Part shown: positions 9,754 to 19,909 of the stretch, one piece after another | Layout of the letters: the number at the start of each line of letters is the position of its first letter | Numbering within the stretch: position 1 is the stretch's first letter | Source: Roseibacillus sp. | GTDB lineage: Bacteria; Verrucomicrobiota; Verrucomicrobiia; Verrucomicrobiales; Akkermansiaceae | Assembly: GCA_051251855.1 (NCBI GenBank) | Contig: JBPOGI010000001.1 | Coordinates: 32,001-96,000 of the forward strand | Reading direction: 5' to 3' | DNA: 64,000 bases | Notes under the pieces: model-generated | The model's database searches: none | What the model was told of the DNA's origin: nothing | The model's input: the letters and a program-made list of their open reading frames with translations, nothing else | Made by a program: the position numbers and the translations under genes

Positions 9754-10668
9754 ATGAACGAATCCATTGATACCCGAAAGCTGCGGATGTTTGTAGCGAC
9801 TGTTCGGGAGGGGAGTATGCGCAAGGCGAGTGCGGCGCTCTTTGTGACTCCTTCCGCACTGAGTCATGGTATACGCTCTTTGGAGGAGGGGTTGAATCTC
9901 TCGCTTTTTGATCGGAATGGACCCGTGATTACGCCGACTCGGGTGGGGCGGGAACTTTTTAAGGAAGCCTCGGATATTCTTTCGCGCTTGGATCAGGTGG
10001 CGGCAGGGCTCACTCCTGATGTCGACGATACGAATCGGCAACTTCATATCGGGACCACGAACACGGGTTGTAGTTATCTCTTTCCTGGGATTGTGAGGGA
10101 GTTTCGGGAGAGCTTTCCGAATGTGGGTTTGAAGTTGGAGATTGGGGACACCGATTTTTTAATCAACCGGGTAAACGAGCGGAATCTCGACATTATCATT
10201 GCCCCTATTCAACGGGATTATCGAGACTTACATCAGATTAAGTTGGGGCACGATGAGTTGGTTTACATCGTTCATCCTTCTCATGCGTGGGCGCAGGCGG
10301 GGCAGGTGCAGCAGGAGACCTTGGGTGACCAACAACTCATTATTCCAGATGTACAATCGAATACCTACCATCTCATTGACGCGTTCTACCGTGAGATGCG
10401 GGTGCCTTTGGAGCCTTTCATTGAGCTGAACAACGAGGGTGCAATTAAGCAGCTCGTGTCTCTCAATATTGGGACAGGGATTGTGCCGAAGTGGATTGCG
10501 CGGGATGAGATTGAGCAGGGGCGTCTTTGCGCTTTTCCCCTGAGTGAGCGTTCGTTGCTGCGGCGGTGGACGGTTTCGTATCGTGCGGGAGTGGATCTGA
10601 GTTTTGCGGAATTTCTCTTTGTAGGTACGACAAAAGCAGTAGCAAAGAACCTCATTAGCATTACTTGA
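9754..10668 (+). CDS. LysR-family transcriptional regulator, divergent from the cyanate operon
   Basis: N-terminal HTH (EGSMRKASAALFVTPSALSHGIRSLEEGL...LFDR); 304 aa. Confidence 0.93.
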   Translation: MNESIDTRKLRMFVATVREGSMRKASAALFVTPSALSHGIRSLEEGLNLSLFDRNGPVITPTRVGRELFKEASDILSRLDQVAAGLTPDVDDTNRQLHIGTTNTGCSYLFPGIVREFRESFPNVGLKLEIGDTDFLINRVNERNLDIIIAPIQRDYRDLHQIKLGHDELVYIVHPSHAWAQAGQVQQETLGDQQLIIPDVQSNTYHLIDAFYREMRVPLEPFIELNNEGAIKQLVSLNIGTGIVPKWIARDEIEQGRLCAFPLSERSLLRRWTVSYRAGVDLSFAEFLFVGTTKAVAKNLISIT

Positions 10669-10784
10669 GGAGGGGGTGTTTCAATGTGAGGTCACTATCG
10701 TGCGGGGACTTTGGCCAAGAATCTGCTTCTTAGGTAGATGCGTTTGCTTGCTATCTCTTCGCAAACTTCAAAGAATCCAGAGAC

Positions 10785-11261
10785 ATGACTGAAATCACAC
10801 CCCGCCCGCCGTTCCCGCCTTTCACCGAAGAAACTGCCGCCCAAAAAGTGCAAATGGCTGAAAATGGTTGGAATGGGCGCGACCCTGAGAAGGTGGCGAT
10901 GGCATATACTCCGGATAGCGTGTGGCGCAATCGTTCCGAGTTCCTTCATGGCCGTGCCGAGATCATGGCCTTTCTCGAAAAGAAATGGGCGACCGAGACG
11001 GATTATCGTCTCATCAAGGAACTTTGGGCTTACACTGGAAATCGCATTGCGGTTCGTTTCGCCTACGAGTGGCATGATGAAGCGGGGCAGTGGTATCGCT
11101 CCTATGGTAATGAGAATTGGGAGTTTGATGAAAATGGTCTCATGGCACGCCGCATTGCTTCCATCAACGATTTAGAAATTGAGGAGTCGGAGCGAAAGTT
11201 CCATTGGGAGCACGGCCCGCGGCCCGCAGACCATCCCGGGCTCTCTGAGCTGGGGTTGTAG
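10785..11261 (+). CDS. DUF1348 / SnoaL-like NTF2-family protein
   Basis: [52 protein letters not shown]. Confidence 0.9.
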   Translation: MTEITPRPPFPPFTEETAAQKVQMAENGWNGRDPEKVAMAYTPDSVWRNRSEFLHGRAEIMAFLEKKWATETDYRLIKELWAYTGNRIAVRFAYEWHDEAGQWYRSYGNENWEFDENGLMARRIASINDLEIEESERKFHWEHGPRPADHPGLSELGL

Positions 11262-11352
11262 CGAAAGGCTCGATTTCTACGCGACGATTTGAGCCCGAAT
11301 GCTTTGCTCCTTGGCTTGACGAAATTGGGAGGGTGGGGGATTCTTCCGCTTT

Positions 11353-13056
11353 ATGAGCGACAAGGACAAGAGAAAGTATTCTTCGCAGGTTTTGGACGGA
11401 GCGGATCGCGCACCTTCACGGGCGATGCTGTATCCGGTAGGTTTTACGAAGGACGATTTCACGAAGCCTAAGATCGGGGTCGCTTCGACTTGGAGCCAGG
11501 TGACGCCTTGTAATTTTCACATTGATAAATTGGCGAAGGAGTCGGCCAAGGGGGTCGATGCAGCGGGCGGAAAGTCGGTGGTCTTTAATACCATTACGAT
11601 TTCGGATGGTATTTCGATGGGCACGGAGGGAATGAAATACTCGCTTGTGAGCCGCGAGGTGATTGCTGATTCCATTGAGACCGTGGTGGGTTGTGAGGGC
11701 ATGGACGGCTATGTGGCCATCGGGGGATGCGATAAGAATATGCCCGGTTGCGTGATGGCGATGGCGCGTATGAACCGCTCTTCGGTGTTTGTCTATGGCG
11801 GCACCATTTTGCCGGGTTGCACTTCGATTAAAGGGGAGGAGAAGGAACTCGATATTGTCTCAGTCTTCGAGGCGGTAGGGAAGCATGCGAGTGGTGAGTT
11901 CTCTGATGAGGAGTTGCAGGCAGTGGAGGAGAATGCGATTCCCGGCGCGGGTTCTTGTGGTGGTATGTATACCGCGAATACGATGGCGAGTGCGATTGAG
12001 GCGCTGGGAATGAGTCTTCCTAACAGCTCGGCACAAGCGGCGATTAGCGATGATAAGATGCGCGATTCGTTCGATGCAGGTGCGGCGGTGTTGAATCTTT
12101 TGGAGAAAGGTATCAAGCCGCGCGATATCATGACTCGGAAGGCTTTCGAGAATGCGATCACGGTGGTGATTGCATTGGGTGGTTCGACGAACGCGGTGCT
12201 GCACCTCTTGGCGATGGCTCATGCCGCGGAGGTGGAGTTGCACATCGATGACTTTACTGAGATTGGTAAGCGGGTGCCGGTGATTGCGGACCTGAAACCT
12301 TCGGGCAAATACGTGATGGCGGAGCTGGTGAAGATTGGTGGAACCATTCCGTTGATGAAGATGTTGTTAGAAGCGGGCCTGCTTCATGGTGACTGCATGA
12401 CGGTGACGGGGAAGACGGTGGCGGAGAATTTGGCGAATTCGCCTTTAGTTTATCCAGAAGGGCAAGACGTGGTGCGTCCATTGAGTAATCCGATTAAGAA
12501 GGATAGTCACTTGCGTATTCTTTATGGAAACCTCGCTCCGGGTGGAGCAGTTGCTAAGATCTCGGGTAAGGAAGGGAACTCTTTTACTGGGCGCGCACGG
12601 GTCTTTGATTGCGAAGAGGATGCTATGACCGCGATTTTGGATGGTTCCATTGTGGCTGGCGATGTTGTTGTGATTCGTCGTGAAGGACCGAAGGGCGGTC
12701 CTGGAATGCGTGAGATGCTGGGGCCGACTGCTGCTGTAATGGGGCGTGGTTTAGGCGATAGCGTGGCCTTGATTACCGATGGTCGTTTTTCAGGTGGTAG
12801 TCACGGTTTTGTCGCCGGGCACATTACGCCGGAAGCTTATGACGGGGGACCGATTGGTCTTCTTGAAGAAGGAGATGAAATCACAATCGATGCGGAGAGT
12901 AATCGTATTGATATGAAAGTCTCCGAGGAGGAAATGGCAGCGCGCAAAGCGAAGTGGGTGAAGCCTGAGCCTCGCTATCGTCGTGGCGTCTTGGCCAAGT
13001 TTGCAAAGCTGACCGCGACGGCGAGTGAAGGGGCAGTCACTGACGGGGGGCTATAG
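11353..13056 (+). CDS. ilvD: dihydroxy-acid dehydratase
   Basis: [45 protein letters not shown]. Confidence 0.97.
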   Translation: MSDKDKRKYSSQVLDGADRAPSRAMLYPVGFTKDDFTKPKIGVASTWSQVTPCNFHIDKLAKESAKGVDAAGGKSVVFNTITISDGISMGTEGMKYSLVSREVIADSIETVVGCEGMDGYVAIGGCDKNMPGCVMAMARMNRSSVFVYGGTILPGCTSIKGEEKELDIVSVFEAVGKHASGEFSDEELQAVEENAIPGAGSCGGMYTANTMASAIEALGMSLPNSSAQAAISDDKMRDSFDAGAAVLNLLEKGIKPRDIMTRKAFENAITVVIALGGSTNAVLHLLAMAHAAEVELHIDDFTEIGKRVPVIADLKPSGKYVMAELVKIGGTIPLMKMLLEAGLLHGDCMTVTGKTVAENLANSPLVYPEGQDVVRPLSNPIKKDSHLRILYGNLAPGGAVAKISGKEGNSFTGRARVFDCEEDAMTAILDGSIVAGDVVVIRREGPKGGPGMREMLGPTAAVMGRGLGDSVALITDGRFSGGSHGFVAGHITPEAYDGGPIGLLEEGDEITIDAESNRIDMKVSEEEMAARKAKWVKPEPRYRRGVLAKFAKLTATASEGAVTDGGL

Positions 13057-13227
13057 CCGAGGCATCTCGCAGCAGTCCGTTCCTGCTGCTTCTATCAGTA
13101 AGGTCTGGGTTGGACTTGCCGCAAGAAGCGCCAGCTTCGTGCCGTTGCTTTGGGGCGAGCTGAAGCTCACGGTCTGTCCGAATTGGAACAGGGTGGAGTG
13201 GTTTTCACAGCTCGCTCAACTCGTTCC

Positions 13228-13845
13228 TCACTTGAAAAGACCTGGGGCAGGTCTGGGAGAGGCTTTTTTGCTTTCGCGAGGAGGTCGGGGGCGCTGTTCA
13301 GATTCTGAAGAACAGGAATCTGATTGAAGCTGGGAAACTTCTGATTCTAACTGGCTGATTTCGTTTCGAAGGGCGGTCAGTTGTTGAGAGGCTGCGAGTT
13401 CCTTTTTTGCAGCTTCTTGTTGGAGACGGAGTGTTTTCATTTTTGCCAAATGATTTTCCAGATTTCGAAGTTTGGTCGCTGTTTTCTCGGCCTCGTCGTC
13501 CTGCTTGAGTGCGGTGTAGGCCGCAAAGTTATGCCGCAATAATGCGAGGTTGGCCTCTGTTTGAAAGTGGCCGGCACGAATGGATGCGATGAACTGTCTT
13601 CGCTGTGTGACCAACGTGCGCCATCTCGCTTGTTTCTCGGGATGAAGACCGCTGGGCTTCTTGGGAAGTGATTTGCGGCTGAGTTGGTTCACCCAATAGT
13701 TCCGAACTTCTTCAAGGGTGAGGATACGAGTTGAGGTTGGGATTTTGGGGAGCTTTCGGCTCTGTGACGGGGAGTAGACCTGTCCTGAAGAACTGCTTAT
13801 CACGAAGAAGTAGAGGAGAAGAGAGTGAGTCAGAAAGCGAGTCAT
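13228..13845 (-). CDS. hypothetical exported coiled-coil protein
   Basis: 205-aa ORF with signal-peptide-like N-terminus and heptad-rich C-terminal half. Confidence 0.6.
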   Translation of the reverse strand: MTRFLTHSLLLYFFVISSSSGQVYSPSQSRKLPKIPTSTRILTLEEVRNYWVNQLSRKSLPKKPSGLHPEKQARWRTLVTQRRQFIASIRAGHFQTEANLALLRHNFAAYTALKQDDEAEKTATKLRNLENHLAKMKTLRLQQEAAKKELAASQQLTALRNEISQLESEVSQLQSDSCSSESEQRPRPPRESKKASPRPAPGLFK

Positions 13846-13877
13846 GGGGCTTAGACGGGGAGGAAGTGTCTCTATTC

Positions 13878-13911
13878 AAAAAAGCCTCGACCGTTCTGGT
13901 CGAGGGTTTTT
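13878..13911. terminator. Rho-independent terminator after metY (possibly bidirectional)
   Basis: AAAAAAGCCTCGACC-GTTCT-GGTCGAGGGTTTTT. Confidence 0.75.
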
Positions 13912-13920
13912 GATATTCTT

Positions 13921-14000
13921 GTAGCTGGGTTGGTGACAACGCAGGCGGGGTAAGCCTTCGTCGCGGTCAATTCAGCCCGAATTGTCACCAATTCGGCTAC
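13921..14000. repeat. inverted REP doublet (GTAG family, REPIN/BIME-like)
   Basis: GTAGCTGGGTTGGTGACAACGCAGG (13921-13945, +) and GTAGCCGAATTGGTGACAATTCGGG (14000-13976, -). Confidence 0.7.
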
Positions 14001-14017
14001 GTTGTGCGAAGAATCTA

Positions 14018-15307
14018 CTAAGCTGTCGCAGTTGCGAGGCCTTGGTCGATGTCGGCGAGGATGTCGTCGATGTGTTCGATGCCGACGCTGAGGCGAATAA
14101 GCTCGGGGGCGATGCCGCCTTCGAGTTGTTGCTCGGCGTTGAGTTGGCTGTGCGTGGTAGTGGCGGGGTGAATGGCCAAGGACTTGGCATCACCAACGTT
14201 GGCCACGTGGGAGTGGAGTTGGACAGACTCGATGAACTTTTTACCGGCTTCGGCTCCGCCTTTGATGCCGAAGACGACCATGGGTCCTCCTTTGCCTCCG
14301 AGGTATTGTTCGTTTTTGGCGAATTGGGAGTCGCCTTCGAGACCTGGGAAACGCACCCAGTCGACAAGGTCGTGGGAGGCGAGGTGTTTCGCGACGGCAG
14401 CGGCATTTTCGCAATGGCGCTCCATGCGGAGAGTGAGGGTCTCGATGCCTTGCAGAAACATCCAAGCGTTGTCGGGTGAGAGACAGGCTCCGAGGTTACG
14501 CATGGGGACGGTGCGCATGCGCAGGATGAAGGCGAGAGGGGCGAGCATGTCGGGGAGGTCATGGCCCCAACGGAGTCCGTGGTAGGAGGTGTCAGGCTCG
14601 TCGTAGAGGGGGTGCTTTCCGCCAGCCCAGTTGAACTTGCCGGAGTCGACGACGATTCCACCGATGCCGGTACCGTGTCCGCCCATCCATTTGGTGAGGG
14701 AGTGAATCACGATGTCAGCGCCGTGTTCGAGAGGACGCATCAAAGCGGGAGTAGTGAAGGTGCTATCGACAACGAGGGGAACGCCGATAGCGTGTGCTGC
14801 GTCGGCGATGGCTTGCATGTCGGCGACTTCGAGGGCGGGGTTAGATACAGTCTCGGTGAAGAAGGCGCGTGTCTTGTCGTCGGCTGCGGCCGAGAAGTTT
14901 GCGGGGTCGTTGGAGTCGACGAGGCGGACTTCGATGCCAAGCTTGGGGAGGATGTCCTTAAACTGGGTGTAGCTGCCGCCGTAGAGATTACGGGCGGAGA
15001 CGATGTTGTCACCGGCTTCGGCGAGGTTGATAATGGTGTTGAAAATAGCGGCGGTGCCAGAGGCGTGGGCGAGGCCTCCCATCTCGGGAGCGCCTTCGAG
15101 GAGGCAGACGCGCTTTTCCAAGACGTCATTGGTGGGGTTCATCAAGCGGGTGTAGATGTTACCTAGCTCCTTGAGTGCGAAAAGGTTGGCTGCGTGCTCG
15201 GTGGATTTGAAGGTGAAGGCTGAGGTCCGGTAGATGGGAACGCCGCGGGATCCAGTGTCGGAGTCGGGAGTGTGGCCGCCGTGAAGGCAGATGGTGTCTA
15301 ATTTCAT
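14018..15307 (-). CDS. metY: O-acetylhomoserine aminocarboxypropyltransferase (sulfhydrylase)
   Basis: GNIYTRLMNPT, HSLTKWMGGHG (PLP lysine), HVANVGDAKSLAIHPATTTHSQL, IRLSVGIE. Confidence 0.95.
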   Translation of the reverse strand: MKLDTICLHGGHTPDSDTGSRGVPIYRTSAFTFKSTEHAANLFALKELGNIYTRLMNPTNDVLEKRVCLLEGAPEMGGLAHASGTAAIFNTIINLAEAGDNIVSARNLYGGSYTQFKDILPKLGIEVRLVDSNDPANFSAAADDKTRAFFTETVSNPALEVADMQAIADAAHAIGVPLVVDSTFTTPALMRPLEHGADIVIHSLTKWMGGHGTGIGGIVVDSGKFNWAGGKHPLYDEPDTSYHGLRWGHDLPDMLAPLAFILRMRTVPMRNLGACLSPDNAWMFLQGIETLTLRMERHCENAAAVAKHLASHDLVDWVRFPGLEGDSQFAKNEQYLGGKGGPMVVFGIKGGAEAGKKFIESVQLHSHVANVGDAKSLAIHPATTTHSQLNAEQQLEGGIAPELIRLSVGIEHIDDILADIDQGLATATA

Positions 15308-15368
15308 GCTCCAGAGATTTGAACCACGAAGGGCGCGAAGAGCACGAAGATTTTACAAAAAAATGGGC

Positions 15369-16826
15369 TTAGCTCCGAAGGAAATGGAAGCTTTCGGGGG
15401 AAAGGTATTGCTCGAGGACATTGGCCTTGGGGAGCCAAGTGGGGGCTTTCGGGGGGGCTACGAGAGCTGTTTGGTAGAGGGCTGTGAGGCTTTCTTGAGA
15501 TGCGCTCAACGTGTAGGGCTTGAGCTGACTCGGTGCGGAGGTGGGCTTATCTTGAGAAAGGACAAATTGCAGCCACATCCGGATTGGGTGCAGGTAGTTG
15601 GCGTGGTCGTTGAGGACGTCGGAGATGATTTTTTCTTGGAAAGGTTCAGGGAGGGCTCCGAAGTCGACAATCTTATCTTCGGTGAGTTGTTGCCAAGCTG
15701 ATTCGAAGTGAGCTTCTTCGAAGGGGGTGTTGTATTGGGAGTAGGTAGCGATCAGCTGTTCGTGGAGATGTTTGCGCAGTGCTTGTTGGTCGACTTGGTA
15801 AAGGGGGATGGGGATGCTGTGATAGAGGCGTCCGGGACTGATGTTGTTCTGGCGAAAGTCGTCGGTGATGTCGGGCAGGTCGCGACCGATGAGGGGCTTG
15901 CCGTGGAGAATGGGTTCGAGGAAGGCGAGGCCAAAGCCTTCCGCGATGGAGGTGGTGATGAGGTGAGTGGAGTGGGTGAGCCAGCTTTGGTAGTCGTTGG
16001 GGGCTCCTTTGAAGGGGGAGATTTCGCCGGTGACGTTGAAGAGCACAGGGAGTTTGTGCTCGCTCGCGAAGTCTTGCCATCGCTGGTAGATGCTCTGCCA
16101 TTGTGGATTCTCGGGAGCCAAAGGGAGGGCGAACCGGGTATCGGGGGGGGCGAGCGCGGAGAGAAGAAGGATTTCTCCAAGATTTTTGCGGCGAATACCG
16201 CGAACGGGGTAGAAGACGGTCTTTTGCTCGCTGGAAGAGGGGGGAGCTGCTTCGTTTGGAGGAGCAACGACGGCGTTGGGAAGAAGGTGAGTTTGTGTTG
16301 CAGGGATTCCGGCTTCTTCTAAGCGAGACTGGTCGCGGCTGTTGATGAAGGCGTAATGAATCTGAGGAGCAAGGGGGTAGATGTGTTCACCTGTGAGGAG
16401 GGGATAGTTAGAGGGGCGATTGTCTTCGGCAAAGTCGTGGGTCTGAAGAATGAGAGGAGTTTGGCTTTCGGCAATATCTTGGATGAGTTGGGGAAAGAGA
16501 ATGTTTTTGCCGAGAGTTGGATTGTGGAGGTGCCAGAGGTCGGGCTCGGAGCCGTATCGCTCGACGAAGTGGTCGAGGAGGGTTTGATAGAGTCTGTTAG
16601 GTATTGCAGGGGCTTGTGCGAGGTAGTCGAGTTGGGGAACGAGAGCGTGCGGGATGCCCTCTGGTTCGGGACCAGCGGAGAGGACGAGGTGTTCGATTCC
16701 TTGTTGAGTGAGAGCTGCAGATTGATTGGCCACCACTTTGGTCACACCTCCCGTGCGAAGGTGATAGTGAACAAGGGCGACTTTCAAGACGGCTATTGAT
16801 ACCGTAGATGGCGGGGACTGCAACAT
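15369..16826 (-). CDS. GT-B (GT4-like) glycosyltransferase
   Basis: HYHLRTGGVTKV, YPVRGIRRKN, TSIAEGFGLAFLEP...GKPL; the true start may be TTG at 16787. Confidence 0.7.
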   Translation of the reverse strand: MLQSPPSTVSIAVLKVALVHYHLRTGGVTKVVANQSAALTQQGIEHLVLSAGPEPEGIPHALVPQLDYLAQAPAIPNRLYQTLLDHFVERYGSEPDLWHLHNPTLGKNILFPQLIQDIAESQTPLILQTHDFAEDNRPSNYPLLTGEHIYPLAPQIHYAFINSRDQSRLEEAGIPATQTHLLPNAVVAPPNEAAPPSSSEQKTVFYPVRGIRRKNLGEILLLSALAPPDTRFALPLAPENPQWQSIYQRWQDFASEHKLPVLFNVTGEISPFKGAPNDYQSWLTHSTHLITTSIAEGFGLAFLEPILHGKPLIGRDLPDITDDFRQNNISPGRLYHSIPIPLYQVDQQALRKHLHEQLIATYSQYNTPFEEAHFESAWQQLTEDKIVDFGALPEPFQEKIISDVLNDHANYLHPIRMWLQFVLSQDKPTSAPSQLKPYTLSASQESLTALYQTALVAPPKAPTWLPKANVLEQYLSPESFHFLRS

Positions 16827-16888
16827 AAGCTATCGAGACTGGCGCAGGTGGTTCTTTCCATGGGAGCTGAATATTGATTGAATCGATG

Positions 16889-17789
16889 GATGAACGTTCA
16901 TCATCTGGAGCTTTTTTACTACGTGGCCAAGTATGAGGGAATCACGGCGGCGGTGAGGAAGATGCCGTATGGAATTCAGCAGCCGGCGGTGAGTGGTCAG
17001 ATTTTGCAGTTGGAGAAGGAGCTGGGGGTGAAGCTGTTTAATCGGAGACCCTTCGCGCTTACTCCGGAGGGAGAGAGTTTGTATGACTTTGCCTACCCGT
17101 TCTTTTCGCGATTGGATGAAGTGGAAGAGCAGTTGAAGGGGGAGCAGAGCCGGCACTTGCGAATTGCGGCGTCGGCGTCGGTATTGCGGAACCATTTGCC
17201 AGACCTGTTAGGGGAGCTTCGAGCTGAAATGCCGGGGATGAAGTTGACGCTGTTAGAAGCGGAGCCGACGGATGTGCATGGACTGATTACGAATCAGAAG
17301 GTGGATATCGCTGTGACCGTTTTACATGGGCGTTTGGCTGAGGGGTTACGTCATGCTGAGCTGTTACGGGTGCCGTTGGCGTTTCATCTGCCTAGCTCGG
17401 TGAAAGGGAAGGATTTGGAGTCGCTGTTAGAGGACGATGATTGGAAGAAGGGTAAGGTGGGTAAGCATACTCTCATTGGTTTGCCGCCGCATGAGCTGTT
17501 GAGCAAAATGATGCAGGAGGAGTTTGATGCCAGGAGTATCGATTGGCCGGTAACTGTGGAGGTGAGCTCTCTGGATACCGTGATGGATTATGTGGGGCGA
17601 GACTTTGGGGTGGGGATCGGGGTGTCGGTTCCGGGGCAGAAGATTCCGAAAGGGGTGAAGTCTCTCACCTTGCCTGAGTTTCAGCCCATGGTGGTAGGGG
17701 CGTTGTGGCAGGGGCAGTTGAAGCCGGTGGCGGCGACGTTTTTGGAGAGGGCGAAGGTCAAGGCTGCGGAGTTGGCACAGCGGGTGTGA
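16889..17789 (+). CDS. LysR-family transcriptional regulator
   Basis: MNVHHLELFYYVAK...QPAVSGQILQLEKELGVKLFNR HTH; start at MNVHH preferred to 16878. Confidence 0.92.
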
Positions 17790-17792
17790 TGC

Positions 17793-17855
17793 TGGAGCGG
17801 CGGCTTTTATTGCCGCCGAAACTTCTAGCAGGCGGCAATAAAGGCCGCCTCTCCA
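17793..17855. repeat. REP-like inverted doublet (TGGAG-GGCGGC family), may also act as terminator
   Basis: TGGAGCGGCGGCTTTTATTGCCGCC...GGCGGCAATAAAGGCCGCCTCTCCA; second copy at 24071-24149. Confidence 0.7.
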
Positions 17856-17865
17856 TTGTTTTCCG

Positions 17866-19590
17866 TTAGCCTTTGATCTCCATCAACATTTGAGCGTTGT
17901 TGGGGAACTTCTTCAGGAAGAAGAGGAGGCGTTCCATGGCCTCGATGGGGCGATGCCCGGCGAGTCCGCGTCGGATGAGGTTGATCTTGTTGAGAGTGTG
18001 CTCAGGGAGGAGCAGTTCTTCACGACGGGTGCCTGATTTGAAGAGGTCGACGGCGGGGTAGACAAAATGTTCTGCGATCCGGCGATCGAGAACGAGCTCC
18101 ATGTTACCGGTGCCTTTGAATTCCATGAAGATGGCTTCGTCGGCTTTGGAGTTTGTCTGGATGAGAGCGGTGCCGAGGATGGTGAGGGAGCCGGCTTCGC
18201 GTGTGTTGCGAGCGGCAGCGAAGAGACGGCGGGGTTCTTCGAGAGCTCCGGCCATGATGCCTCCTGATTGAATACCGCGACCACGGCCTTTTTTACTGCC
18301 TCCCATAGTGTTGTTATAGGCTCGGGCGAGACGGGTGATGGAGTCCATCACGAGAAAGACATGTTGCCCTGCTTCGACAAGACGCTTGGCGCGTTCGATA
18401 CAAAGCTCGGCGAGGCGGCAATGATTGCGCGCGGGCTCGTCGTTGGAAGAGGCATAGATTTCTGCGTCAGGGAGCTGGCGGCGGAATTCGGTGACCTCTT
18501 CGGGGCGCTCGTCGACGAGACAGACCATGAGGTGCATGGTCTCGGAGTGAAGCTCTTGCACAGCTTCAGCGATGTGAAGAAGGAGAGTGGTTTTTCCTGC
18601 GCGAGGAGGGGAGACGATGAGGCCTCGCTGACCACGGCCTACGGGCGCGAGGATGTCGAGGACGCGGGTGGTGAAGCGTTCTGGGGTGGTTTCGAGACCG
18701 ATGCGCTTGTCCGGGAAAACAGCTTTCAGTTCGTCGAAATGAGGATAAGACTTTGCTTCCTCTGGAGAGGCACCGTTGATGTTGTCGATGCTGACTAATT
18801 GTGGTCCACGAGGGCCTTTCTGGGCCTTGCCGGTGAGTACTTGGCCCGCTCGGAGGGCGTGCTCTTGAATGAGATCGGGAGAGATAAAGACGTCGCTCTT
18901 GGATTGCTCGTAGTTGCCCTCGGGTTCGCGGAGGAAGCCGAAGCCTTTGGGAGTGGTTTCTAAGAGGCCGGAGACTTCATAGGGCTCTCCTTGAAACTTG
19001 GAGCCTCTGTTTCCGCTTTCTTCGTCGCGGTGTTTGGGATTGCGGCGGTCTCCTTGGCGACGGTCGTCGTTGCCTTGAGTCCCTTTTCCCACGGGACCGC
19101 CTTTGACGCGACCCATGGGGCGTCCGTTGCGACGGGGGATGTTCTCTCGGTTTTCGGAGGGAGGAGTTTCTTCAACGACTTCGAGGGTGGGCTCTTCCTT
19201 CTCCTTAACGGGCTTCATTCCTTCGGGAACGGCAAGAATCTTGCGAGCGGCAGCCTTTTTAGCGGGCTTTTTGACCAGTTTCTTAGGAGCAGGTTTGGAA
19301 GCTGATTCGGGTCGAGAGGGCTTCTTTGCCTTGGGCTGGGCTTGGACTTCTTTCTTTGGCGCAGCTTGTTCTGGAGCAGGTGCTTCGACCTCGGGCTTGG
19401 CGATGGTCTTTTTCTTGGCGGCCGCTTTTTTAGTAGCCGCTTTTTTGGCGGTCTTTTTGGTCGCTTTTTTTGCCGTTTTCTTGGCAGCTGCTTTTACCGC
19501 TTTCTTACCGGGAGTCTTCTTCTTTGGGGGAGAAGGAGTGTCTGCAGATTCGAATTCGGTCTGGATAAGGTCGCTTGGTTCGTCGGCCAT
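17866..19590 (-). CDS. rho: transcription termination factor Rho with ~200-aa low-complexity N-terminal region
   Basis: GFGFLR, DVFISP, GRGQRGLIVSPPRAGKT, DSITRLARAYN, EFKGTGNMEL, SGTRREELL. Confidence 0.96.
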   Translation of the reverse strand: MADEPSDLIQTEFESADTPSPPKKKTPGKKAVKAAAKKTAKKATKKTAKKAATKKAAAKKKTIAKPEVEAPAPEQAAPKKEVQAQPKAKKPSRPESASKPAPKKLVKKPAKKAAARKILAVPEGMKPVKEKEEPTLEVVEETPPSENRENIPRRNGRPMGRVKGGPVGKGTQGNDDRRQGDRRNPKHRDEESGNRGSKFQGEPYEVSGLLETTPKGFGFLREPEGNYEQSKSDVFISPDLIQEHALRAGQVLTGKAQKGPRGPQLVSIDNINGASPEEAKSYPHFDELKAVFPDKRIGLETTPERFTTRVLDILAPVGRGQRGLIVSPPRAGKTTLLLHIAEAVQELHSETMHLMVCLVDERPEEVTEFRRQLPDAEIYASSNDEPARNHCRLAELCIERAKRLVEAGQHVFLVMDSITRLARAYNNTMGGSKKGRGRGIQSGGIMAGALEEPRRLFAAARNTREAGSLTILGTALIQTNSKADEAIFMEFKGTGNMELVLDRRIAEHFVYPAVDLFKSGTRREELLLPEHTLNKINLIRRGLAGHRPIEAMERLLFFLKKFPNNAQMLMEIKG

Positions 19591-19909
19591 AGTGTCAATC
19601 AGTAGAGAATAGTTTTCAGTGAGCTGCTGACCTATTGGCCAAGCTCTGAAGAGAGGGAAGGGGTTGCAGGCCGAAGCCGCAGGGTGCGTTCATAGAAACG
19701 AAAGAGAAATGAGGTCCAATAAAAGTTCGAACAGAGGACCGTGGCCGCGAGATGGGCTACTGGACTTAATTGAACGGGGAAGATTGGCAAAATCGAATGC
19801 CAATTCCCTCGGACAGATGAAGACTGCGCGATAATGGAGGAGGTGTCGAATCCTTTTTCGTGTCCTTCTTTTGACATGAAAAAGAGACGAATACGGTGTA
19901 GCTTCGCGC

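Noticed and set aside
15308..15368. SAM riboswitch upstream of metY
   Set aside because: The gap is only 61 nt and has no recognisable riboswitch core.
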